DNA from: an uncultured Chloroflexia bacterium | Lineage (GTDB): Bacteria > Chloroflexota > Limnocylindria > Limnocylindrales > CSP1-4 | Length of the DNA stretch: 64,000 bases | Assembly: GCA_963778815.1 (NCBI GenBank) | Contig: CAVZVS010000005.1 | Span: forward strand, 30,653-94,652 | Direction: 5' to 3' | Shown here: positions 38,122 through 46,521 of the stretch, in pieces | Layout of the letters: each line of letters starts with the position of its first letter | Position numbering within the stretch: the stretch's first letter is position 1 | Translations under genes and position numbers: made by a program | The notes under the pieces: generated by a model | Seen by the model: the letters and a program-made list of their open reading frames with translations, nothing else | Told to the model about the DNA's origin: nothing | Databases searched by the model: none

Positions 38122-39467
38122 CGCGACGCGAGTCCTGGGAGCGCAAGGGTCTCGTCCGTTGGCACCGTCAACCGGACGAGGGTGCCGTGGTCGCCGACGC
38201 GTTGCCATTCGACACTGCCGCCGGCCGCGGCGGCCCGTTCGCGCATACCGACCAGGCCCAGGTGTGGCCAATCGCTCCCGACCTCGTGCGCGACGGCCGG
38301 ATCGAACCCGCGGCCATCGTCCTCGATCTCCACGTCGACGTGGGCGTCGGTCCGGATGATCCGGACGATCACTCGGTGAGCCTTGCTGTGCTTGCGGACG
38401 TTCGTCAGGGCCTCCCTGACACTCCTGAACAGGTCGTCCTCGACCTCGGGCTGAAGGGCGATCGCGGCGATCGGATCGGACTCGACTTGGACGGCCAGCT
38501 TGGACGCCTCGGCGAATCGTCGGGCGTAGTCGCGGATCGCGGCGACCAGCCCACCGGATGGTTCGACCGGGCTGCTGAGACCGAGGATCGCTTCGCGGAC
38601 ATCGACGTAGATGGAGCGGGCGGCGAGCGCAAGCTCGTCGATCTGGGCACGGGCCTCGGTGACCCGACCCGCGTCGAGCAGCTCGGTCGCCGCCTGCGAC
38701 TTCGTGTTCACGTAACCGAGCACCTGGGCCAGACCGTCGTGCAGCTCGCGGGCGATCCGCTCGCGTTCCCCGCGGACCGCCATGGCGCGCAGCTCGCGCT
38801 GGAGCCGGTCGTTCTCGATCGCTACGGCGACCTGGTCTCCCAGGGCCTGCAGCGTCTCGAGGTCCACCTCGCCCAGCGGTCGCGCGGTCGAATCGCCAAC
38901 GACCAGCGTCCCGATCGTCTGGTCACCGCGACGGACGGGCACGCCGACGGTCGCCCGAACCCGGTCTGATCGAACGAACGCTCCGGCATCTGCCAGGGCA
39001 CCCTTCGCGTCCACCCCGGGTCGGGCGACTACGTCGACGACGCCCGGAGCGAACAGGTCGTCGGAACCACTTCGGGCAACGAGCTGGGTCAGCCCGTTGG
39101 CATCGATGGTCAGGATGAAGGCCAGGTCCGCCCGGAGCAGATCTCGGGCGGTCTCGACCACCAGGCGCAGGATCCGGTCGAGGTCGGCCAGGGTGGAGAT
39201 CGCGACACTCGACTCCTGCAGGGCGCGCAGGGAGGCGTCGCGGGCCTCGAGCTCCTGATTTCGAGCCAGGAGGTCGGCACTCAGACGGTCGATCCGACGA
39301 AAGGCGATCGACGAGAAGGCCGCCGCCAAGATCCCGACGACGACCATCACCAGCAGGGTGTCGAGCGGGAACGGCAGGAACGGATCGAGCAATGTGTCGC
39401 TGAGCAGTTCGATGCTGCCGACCAGGGCCACCGGCAGGACGATGGTCAGCCAGCGCAGTCGGATCAT
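38118..39467 (-). CDS. GAF-domain sensor histidine kinase (HisKA_3, NarX/NarQ-like)
   Basis: 2 N-terminal TM; GAF; ERERIARELHDGLAQ; EALTNVRKH, DDGRGF, GL.GMRERA. Confidence 0.92.
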   Translation of the reverse strand: MIRLRWLTIVLPVALVGSIELLSDTLLDPFLPFPLDTLLVMVVVGILAAAFSSIAFRRIDRLSADLLARNQELEARDASLRALQESSVAISTLADLDRILRLVVETARDLLRADLAFILTIDANGLTQLVARSGSDDLFAPGVVDVVARPGVDAKGALADAGAFVRSDRVRATVGVPVRRGDQTIGTLVVGDSTARPLGEVDLETLQALGDQVAVAIENDRLQRELRAMAVRGERERIARELHDGLAQVLGYVNTKSQAATELLDAGRVTEARAQIDELALAARSIYVDVREAILGLSSPVEPSGGLVAAIRDYARRFAEASKLAVQVESDPIAAIALQPEVEDDLFRSVREALTNVRKHSKAHRVIVRIIRTDAHVDVEIEDDGRGFDPAVAHEVGSDWPHLGLVGMRERAAAAGGSVEWQRVGDHGTLVRLTVPTDETLALPGLASR

Positions 39468-42400
39468 CCCGGGACGATGCCTCCCTTATCATCGGCGATC
39501 GCCGCCACCAGCTTCTCGACCTGGTATCCCGCCGCTCCCGCCAGGCCGATCAGACGGTCAACGGTGATCGCCGACGGGACAGCCTCGATCGGCTCGGACC
39601 GCGTCGGCGTGATCGTCGGCGCCATCGGGGCGGCCAGCGGCGCGACCGTCTCGACCAGCCGCTCGAACGCGTCGCGATCGAACCAGGTCGCTCCGTCGGC
39701 TTCGTGGACACCCAAGGCACGAGCCAGGTCCGGGTCGGTGAACCAGAGGACGACCGTCGGACCGTCGAGTGCGCGCAGGTCGGGCTCGGCCAGGACGAGC
39801 CCCCGTACGATGGCGGTCCCGCGCTCCGCCGCCGCCGGCTCCAGCCCGGTCTCGACCAGGGCGTCGCGGACAGGCACGTCGAGTCGGTCCGCAGCGAAGA
39901 CGTCGCGGTCGCTGTCAAGGGCTTCGACCGCGGCGGCAAGGACGGCGCCGGGCCGACCTGGCTTCAGTTTCAGCGCCGCGAACGCAGCCGCGAGCCTCGC
40001 CCGAGCGCTCGCGTGGACCGGGCGCAGGACGATCCAGTGGAGCGCCTCGTCGATCGACGGCAGCCAGCCTTCGCCCAGCTCGACGGCCAGGGTCGAGATC
40101 GGTCGGTCGGGTTCGTCGCCCATCTCTTCGAGGTCGACCAGGACCCGGCAGGCGTAGGCCGACAGCCCGACGTGGAGACCGCCGCGGACCAGCCCCGCCG
40201 ACCAGCGCAGCGTCTCGAGCCCGCTCATCGCATCGCGCAGGCGCAGCCAACGATCCTCGCGCCCCGAGGCGCCCAGACCGGCCGCAAGGGACTCGCGCTG
40301 GAGCCGACGCTCGCCGTCCGCCCCGCGACCGTTGAACGCGGTCGACTCGCGGATCCAGCCGTCGGCATCGGCGTAGGCGTTGTGATAGACCACCAGCGAT
40401 CGACCCCCGCCGGGGCCGACGTTCGAATAGGCGAAGACGTCCTCGTTGACCGAACCGTCGCTGGACACCAGGTCGTACAGCCGGAAGGCGTCGGACCCGG
40501 CGAAGTCGGCCCGGCGATGGAGGAGCGGGAAGATCGTCCGGCCGTGATGGTCGAGCAGGCCCTGGTCGACGGTCTCGTCGCGCTTGGCCCGACGGTATTC
40601 CATGCCGTACTTCTCAGTGAAGCCCTCGACCTGGCCGTGGCCGAACATGGGCAGCCCGGGCAGGGTCGCCATCATCGCCGCGACCCCGAAGTACTTGCCG
40701 CCCGACCCGAACTGGTCGACCGCGGTCCGCTCGTCCGGGTTGCTCATGAAATTGACGAACCGGCCGAGGATGGCCGGGTCGAATTCGAGGGTGTTCTTGA
40801 TGACCTGGCGGTACTCCGCGTTGAGCTCGTCGCGGAGCATGTTCATGAAGGCGCTGTTGTAGACCCGGTGCATCCCGAGGGTCCGCACGAAGTAGCCCTC
40901 GAGCATCCAGAAGGCCTCGGCCAGGAGGAGCGTCCCGGGGACCTCGACGGCGACCCGGTCGACGACCTCGCGCCAGAACTCGCGGGGCATCGCCCGGTCG
41001 AACTCCTGGCGGGTCAGCCCATGACCGGCCCGGCTGGGAATCGCCCCGCCGTGGCCCGGCTCCGGGAACCACAACCGTTGGACGTGCTTGCGGGCGAGGA
41101 CCATCGCGGCGTCGAAGCGGATGACCGGAAACTGCCGGGCGACCTCGAGGATGGTCTGGATGACGGCCTCGCGGACGGCCGCCTTGGAGTAGTCCAGCTG
41201 GGCCGTGTCGTTCCAGGGGAAGCTCGTCCCGTCGTTACCGTGGTACACGAAGCGCTCGTCGCCGGTCTGCCGGTCGAAGCGCTTGAACACCACCGCCGCG
41301 TCGGTCGAGTCGTAGTAGTGGTCCTCGAGGACGATCCCGACCCGCTCGTCGGACGACAGGTCCGGCCCGTTGAAGGTATAGCCGGGAACGGACTGTAGGG
41401 CAAGGACAGGAAGCGATCGGGTTGGTCGATGACCCAGCGCGAATCGATGCCCATGTGGTTGGGGACCATGTCACTGGCCAGGCGGATGCCCCGGGCGCCG
41501 GCCCGGTCACGCAGGTCGGCCAGGGCCCCGGGTCCGCCAAGGTCGGCGGCGATCCGGTAGTCGTCGAGGGAGTAGGCGGACGCGACTGCCTCCGGGTCCC
41601 CGCGCAGACGCTTGATCCGCTCGGACGCCGTCGAGCGCTCCCACAGCCCGATCAGCCACAGGCCGGTGATGCCCCGGATGGCGAGCGTGTCCAGCTCTTC
41701 GTCGGGGACGCCGTCGAGGGTCCGGATATCGCGTTCGTAGCGGCGCGAGAGCTGATCCAGCCAGACATACGTGCTCTTGGCGATAAGGACCAGGCGCGGC
41801 ATCCAGTCGCGGTCCTGGCTGAACCGCTCTTCCTCGCCGAGCTCGTACTGGTAGACCTCCGATGGGCCGCCGGCCCCGTGATCATGGGCCGAGAACCAGG
41901 CCCGGTCGGCTGCCTGGCGCTCCTCGGACAGGACGTCCAGCGCGACCAGGAGCTTGTCCAGCAGGTCGTCGATGGCGCCGTCGAACTTGCCCGCCCAGTT
42001 GGTCCGGATCCAGCGCAGCTGATCGGCCAGCGAACCCGGCGCCGCGGCGGCCGGCTGACGGAGAAGCTCGACCAGCGAACGACCTTCCGGCCCGAAGCCG
42101 GGCCGACCGCCGAAGAAGCCTTCGAGCGCGTCGGCCACGGCTCCCAGCGCCTGGCCCTCGCGGACGGCGCGCAGGTCGACCAGCTCGCGGAACGGGTCGA
42201 CCGCGGCGTTCTCGTCGAGACTGGCCAGCAGCAGGAGCTGGGCCACGGCCGTCGGTGGGTCGGCGGTCTCGGGCACGGTCAGGCGAGCCGGGAACTCGGT
42301 GCTGAAGGCACTGACCGCAGCGCTCAGCGGTGCGTTGCCCAACCGGTCGCGCAGCCAGGCATCGGCCGCGACCAGGGCCGTCGGGTCGGCTTCGGCCCGG

Positions 42401-42684
42401 TAGCGATCGACCAGGCGGCCGAGGATGGTCACCAGCAGACCGGCCGCGTGGAGTTGGCCGGCGGTCAGCGGGTCGTCGCTGACGCGCGCGGCGTCATCGC
42501 CGGCGGTCGTCGGCTCGCTCGCCCGCCCCGGGTCGCGCGAGGGCGACCGTCCTGCGTTGACCCGGGCGGCGATCGTCCGAGCCGTCGCCAGGTCCGCGGC
42601 GAGGGTCAGATCGGCCAGCCGGTAGCGGGTCCGGGCCGGTCGAGCCAGCCGGAAGTCCTCAGCGGTGGACCGGCCGCCGGCCAC
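39464..42684 (-). pseudogene. Large GH13 alpha-amylase-family protein (about 1073 aa if repaired), split by one-base deletion near 41384-41386
   Basis: DMVPNH, RFDAA, AEAFW, NPDE catalytic-region motifs are spread over ORFs 41014-42795 and 39464-41293; adding one base to the G run gives SPFPGYTFNGPDLS; may be a sequencing error. Confidence 0.85.
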
Positions 42685-42686
42685 GC

Positions 42687-43673
42687 TCAGCCCGGAGTGC
42701 CGGATCCGGCGCCGACCGGGGCTCGATCGGCGGCGGCGTGATCGATCGCTCGACGAAGCAGTTCGAAGCCGGACGGATCGAATTCGTAGAGCCACTCACG
42801 GACGCGCTCCGGCCGGCTGAACCGATCGGCCAGACCGAGGGCGAGCGCTTCGCGCGAGAGCAGGATGATGTCGGCGGCCGCATCGACCTTGGCGATCGAG
42901 ACGTCATCGTCGATGGTCGCGGAGACGAGGGTCACTCCGCTCGTGCCGGAGATGCGCAGGGTCTCGGCGATGTTGTCGGTCCCGGTCGCCGAGGCGCAGA
43001 CCAGGCCGACCTTCGCTCCCGGCGGCAACTCCGCCACCTCGTGGACCAGATCCATGTAGCCGGGACCGACGATCATCGCCACGACCGGGACGCGACCGGC
43101 GGCGTAGGCCTGGGCCTCGTCGGCGTGGAAGGTCGTGGTCGCGATGAGGTCGTAGTGGAAACGGTCGAGACGTTCCGTGATGTCCTCGAGGAGGGTGCCC
43201 TCGGCCTCGATCGTGCCCGGGAAAGCCTCGGCGATCCGATCCGCGTCGTAGCAGCTGTCGGCCTTGGTGCACTCGGCGAAGAGGACCCGGACGAGCGGGC
43301 CCGGGCGCTTGCGCTCGGCGGCAGCCGCGAACGTGGCCGAAGCCACCTCATCGGCGGTGAACCCGGCCACGGCTCCGCGCCGGAGCATCTCGGCCACGAT
43401 CCCGGCCAGCGCCTCGGCCCCGCGCCGCTGCGGCGGCCGATCCGCGACGTGGGTCCCGGCCCCGTGCCGACTGGTCACGTAGCCGGCGTCGGCCAGGCGC
43501 TTGTAGACCGCTCGGATGGTGTTCGGATTGACCCGCAAGGCGGCACCGAGCTCGCGGACCGGGGCGAGCCGAGCGCCTGACAAAAGCCGCCCGGAATCGA
43601 TCTGGTAGGCGATCTGCCAGTAGATCTGGGTCGAGATCGGGACGTCCGAAATCACGCTCGACGTCGAGGTCAT
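42687..43673 (-). CDS. GntR (YtrA-like HTH) regulator with long C-terminal alpha/beta domain
   Basis: PISTQI..QI...I.SG.L..G.RL.PVRELG..L.VN.NT....Y..L...G; C-terminal FAEC and TTTFH motifs. Confidence 0.88.
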   Translation of the reverse strand: MTSTSSVISDVPISTQIYWQIAYQIDSGRLLSGARLAPVRELGAALRVNPNTIRAVYKRLADAGYVTSRHGAGTHVADRPPQRRGAEALAGIVAEMLRRGAVAGFTADEVASATFAAAAERKRPGPLVRVLFAECTKADSCYDADRIAEAFPGTIEAEGTLLEDITERLDRFHYDLIATTTFHADEAQAYAAGRVPVVAMIVGPGYMDLVHEVAELPPGAKVGLVCASATGTDNIAETLRISGTSGVTLVSATIDDDVSIAKVDAAADIILLSREALALGLADRFSRPERVREWLYEFDPSGFELLRRAIDHAAADRAPVGAGSGTPG

Positions 43674-43739
43674 CGGTGACCCGGGGATTCGGCCCTGGGG
43701 GTGTGCTCGATCGGTCCTGGGATGTGACGTCTGGATTAC

Positions 43740-43768
43740 TTGACATAGTCTGATAGTCCAACTAGTAT
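43740..43768 (+). promoter_or_regulatory. Sigma70-type promoter TTGACA-17-TAGTAT
   Basis: TTGACA 43740-43745, TAGTAT 43763-43768, upstream of small ORF at 43808. Confidence 0.7.
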
Positions 43769-43781
43769 CTTGGCCTAGTCC
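43746..43781. promoter_or_regulatory. Putative GntR operator
   Basis: Inverted repeat TAGTCCAA-N8-TTGGCCTA 43754-43777 and TAGTC[CT] at 43746, 43754, 43776, in AT-rich DNA between divergent genes. Confidence 0.5.
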
Positions 43782-43807
43782 ACTATAACAAGCAGCGGAG
43801 TTTCGTC

Positions 43808-43948
43808 ATGGCGATCCTGATCCTCGCCATCCCGGTGGCCATCGTCGCACTTCTTGGCATCGCCGCGCTCCGCTGGGGTGTCGACTCGCGCCATGGGTCC
43901 AGCGACGCCCGTGCGCCCCTCGAGCCAGTCGGCATCTGGGTCCGCTAG
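43808..43948 (+). CDS. 46-aa single-TM small protein (MAILILAIPVAIVALLGIAALRWGVDSRHGSSDARAPLEPVGIWVR), below ORF-track cutoff
   Basis: GGAG RBS at 43797-43800, promoter upstream, terminator downstream, hydrophobic helix then WGVDSR. Confidence 0.7.
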   Translation: MAILILAIPVAIVALLGIAALRWGVDSRHGSSDARAPLEPVGIWVR

Positions 43949-44009
43949 ACCGCCCGCCGGCCGGCCCTCAGCGGCCCACCGGCCAACGACTCCCCGATCG
44001 ACTTCACCC

Positions 44010-44056
44010 AAGGGCAGACGTGTCGCGCGCAGGCGGCACCTCTGCCCTTTCTTCGT
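44010..44056 (+). terminator. Intrinsic terminator after small ORF
   Basis: AAGGGCAGA 44010-44018 pairs with TCTGCCCTT 44041-44049, inner stem GTGTCGC/GCGGCAC, then TCTTC. Confidence 0.55.
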
Positions 44057-44116
44057 GTCTGCTTCCTTCGTGCCCGCGGATCAGCGCGACCATGGCCGCG
44101 GATCCGCGCCGCCAGA

Positions 44117-44285
44117 TATCACTCCCACTGCTACGAGACGGGTAGATCGGGTGTCAGGCTCGAGCCTCGGGCCTAAAGACCGATTCTGCGGTGCGTTCTA
44201 TCGATGGAGGTGATATCTGAGGCCACTGCAGGGCAGATCTAGCGCTCAGGCGGGTCCAGGCCATTCCGTAACGATGGTGGTGATA
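44117..44285. repeat. Intergenic triplet of 17-bp pseudo-palindromic motif (copy B)
   Basis: 44117-44133 TATCACTCCCACTGCTA; 44199-44215 TATCGATGGAGGTGATA; 44269-44285 TAACGATGGTGGTGATA. Confidence 0.65.
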
Positions 44286-44325
44286 TCGGATCCAGGACCA
44301 CCGCTCTTCGGGACGCCGGCGTTCG

Positions 44326-46515
44326 TCAGATGCGGGACAGTTCCTCGGTCATGCGATCGACGCTGGTCATCACGGCGTTCCTGATGGCCACCGAGCGACT
44401 GGCGCCTGCCGCCAGCTCGAGCGGCCAGACGAACAGCAGCGCGCTGCCCTGGTAGATCCGCTCGAAGCCGTGCTCCGAGTTCGAGATCGTCTCGATGGGC
44501 GACCACCATGCCTCCGCCGCGGGTTCGACCGTGGACGTCAGCTCGAGCCCGATGTAGGTATTCGCGCTGACGACCCGTTCGACCACGGGGCGCCGGCCGG
44601 TCGAGTCGTGGGTGAAGGACTCCTCGCCGATCCGATAGAACGCCGCCGGGTTGCCGCCGCCGCCGAGCATCGTGAGGGCCCACTCGATCCCAAGATCGAA
44701 CCGCAGCGGGCCCTCCGAGCGGTTGGTGACAGTGACCTCGAGCCCGACGGTCGGGTGGCTGCGATCCGGCCCGAAGGTGAACCGCTTGTCCACCTGGACG
44801 ACCGTGCCACCGCTCCCGATGGCGACCTCTCGACGGAGATCGACAGCACCCGGACCCAGGGCGACGACCGCATAGCGGCCATCCACGGCATCACCGAGCT
44901 CGTTCGCCGTGCCGGTCGCGAATGTCTCGGCGGTCGTGCCCGAGGCCAGCAGGTGGACGAGACCGGAGCGGCGCTCGTAGGCGTCGTAGCGGAGTCGAGC
45001 AGCCAGCCCGGGCTCGCGGCTGCGGACGATGTCGTGGATCGTCGCGACGACTTCGTCGGGGGCCTCACCGGCGCCAGCGGCGTCAGCATCCGGCACCGCT
45101 TCGGAGGCGATCAATCGGGCGTGGTAGGCCTCCGGTCGGCGGCGCATCACGGCAGTCAACGCGTGCCGGACCGCCCGGATGTCCCAGGTCCCGAGGCCGC
45201 CGCCCTCGGCCGGGTCGAGCACCGCCAGCTGGCCGGGCAGGGTCACCAGGATCTCGTCGACCCCGTCAAGGTCCGTATCGGCCAGGACGATGCCATCCGG
45301 GGTCGCGCCGCTCGCCCGCAGCGCCCCGTCGGCCAGGTCCTCCGCGGCGATCAGGTGCTCGTGGGTGGCCAGGCGCATGTGCGAGATGTAGATCCCGCCA
45401 AAGACGCCATGCCAGTAGCAGTCGTTGGACTGGCCCATGTACAGGTGGTCGAGGGCGAGGCGGCGCTCCGGACCGTCGGCCATCGCGGCCGTCTTGGCCG
45501 ACACCCGGAGCATCTGCTTGTGGAGGTCGTTGATCTCGCGGTACTTGACCTGGAAGTTGCGCCAGAACCCGCCTCGTAGCCAGCGTGCCCACGGTTCCTG
45601 GCGGGCCTCGGCCGCCTTGGCCGTCGTCTCGAAGGCAAGGGCCTGGTCGGCCGGCAGGACCCACTCGCCCATCTCGAAGTAGGACGACGTGGGCAGGTAG
45701 ATCCGACCGCTCGGTCGGTGGTCGGCCAGCCAGGTGGTCGGGGTCACCGTGGCGATCGTGCCGGCCCAGGCCTCGACCGCGCTGAAGAACCGGTCGACCC
45801 AGCCATCAGGTCCCCAGCAATGGTCCGAAGTGTCCGGCCAGGCACCGAACTTCTCGCCATCGTCGCCCATGAACCCGAGCCGGTCGCCGGCCGGCGTGGC
45901 ATTGGCGACGAGGTGGCCGACCATGGCGTCGACCGAGCTGAACGGGATCCCGTAGCGGAGCAGCTTGTCCGACCCGAACACGGTCAGGAGCCGGCCCTGG
46001 TCCTCGGTGGTATATGGCCCCCACAGGTCGTCGTCATCGAGTGAGGCCGCTCGGAAGTGGGTGTCGTCGAGGATCGTCCAGCGATAACCGGCCTCGACGA
46101 TCGACGTCGGCAAGTCCGGTTCCCAGACTCGCTCAGCCAGCCACGCCCCGACCGGCCGGCGTCCGCCGATCCGCTCGATCTCGTCGGCCATCCGCTCGAG
46201 CTGGCCGATCCGATCGCGCTCCGGGAGCGAAGCCAGGACCGGTTCGTAGTAGCCGCCGCCGAGCAGTTCGACCTGGTCGCGGGCGACCAGGGCGGCCAGG
46301 CGCTCCAGGAAGTCGGGTCGCTCGGCCCGGATCCAATCGAGCAGCGGACCCGAGTAGTGAAGCCCGATCCGGATGTTCGGGTGGCGCTCGAGGGCGGCGA
46401 CCATCGGCAGGTAGGCCCTGGCGTAGGCATCCGCGATCACCCAGCCGAAGTTGCCCACCGGTTGATGGTTGTGCAGGACGAGGGCCAGCGAGATCCGGTC
46501 CGCTGGGTCGGTCAT
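44326..46515 (-). CDS. GH57 alpha-amylase / 4-alpha-glucanotransferase
   Basis: LHNHQPVGNF, GAWLAERVWEP, GDDGEKFG.WP, SY.EM.EW, Q.ND.YWHG.FGG.Y. Confidence 0.92.
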   Translation of the reverse strand: MTDPADRISLALVLHNHQPVGNFGWVIADAYARAYLPMVAALERHPNIRIGLHYSGPLLDWIRAERPDFLERLAALVARDQVELLGGGYYEPVLASLPERDRIGQLERMADEIERIGGRRPVGAWLAERVWEPDLPTSIVEAGYRWTILDDTHFRAASLDDDDLWGPYTTEDQGRLLTVFGSDKLLRYGIPFSSVDAMVGHLVANATPAGDRLGFMGDDGEKFGAWPDTSDHCWGPDGWVDRFFSAVEAWAGTIATVTPTTWLADHRPSGRIYLPTSSYFEMGEWVLPADQALAFETTAKAAEARQEPWARWLRGGFWRNFQVKYREINDLHKQMLRVSAKTAAMADGPERRLALDHLYMGQSNDCYWHGVFGGIYISHMRLATHEHLIAAEDLADGALRASGATPDGIVLADTDLDGVDEILVTLPGQLAVLDPAEGGGLGTWDIRAVRHALTAVMRRRPEAYHARLIASEAVPDADAAGAGEAPDEVVATIHDIVRSREPGLAARLRYDAYERRSGLVHLLASGTTAETFATGTANELGDAVDGRYAVVALGPGAVDLRREVAIGSGGTVVQVDKRFTFGPDRSHPTVGLEVTVTNRSEGPLRFDLGIEWALTMLGGGGNPAAFYRIGEESFTHDSTGRRPVVERVVSANTYIGLELTSTVEPAAEAWWSPIETISNSEHGFERIYQGSALLFVWPLELAAGASRSVAIRNAVMTSVDRMTEELSRI

Positions 46516-46521
46516 CCCAGG

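Noticed and set aside
11212-44285. 17-bp triplets as CRISPR mini-arrays or integron attC sites
   Set aside because: Mixed orientation, short degenerate repeats, no cas or intI gene, and no proper RYYYAAC/GTTRRRY ends with paired arms
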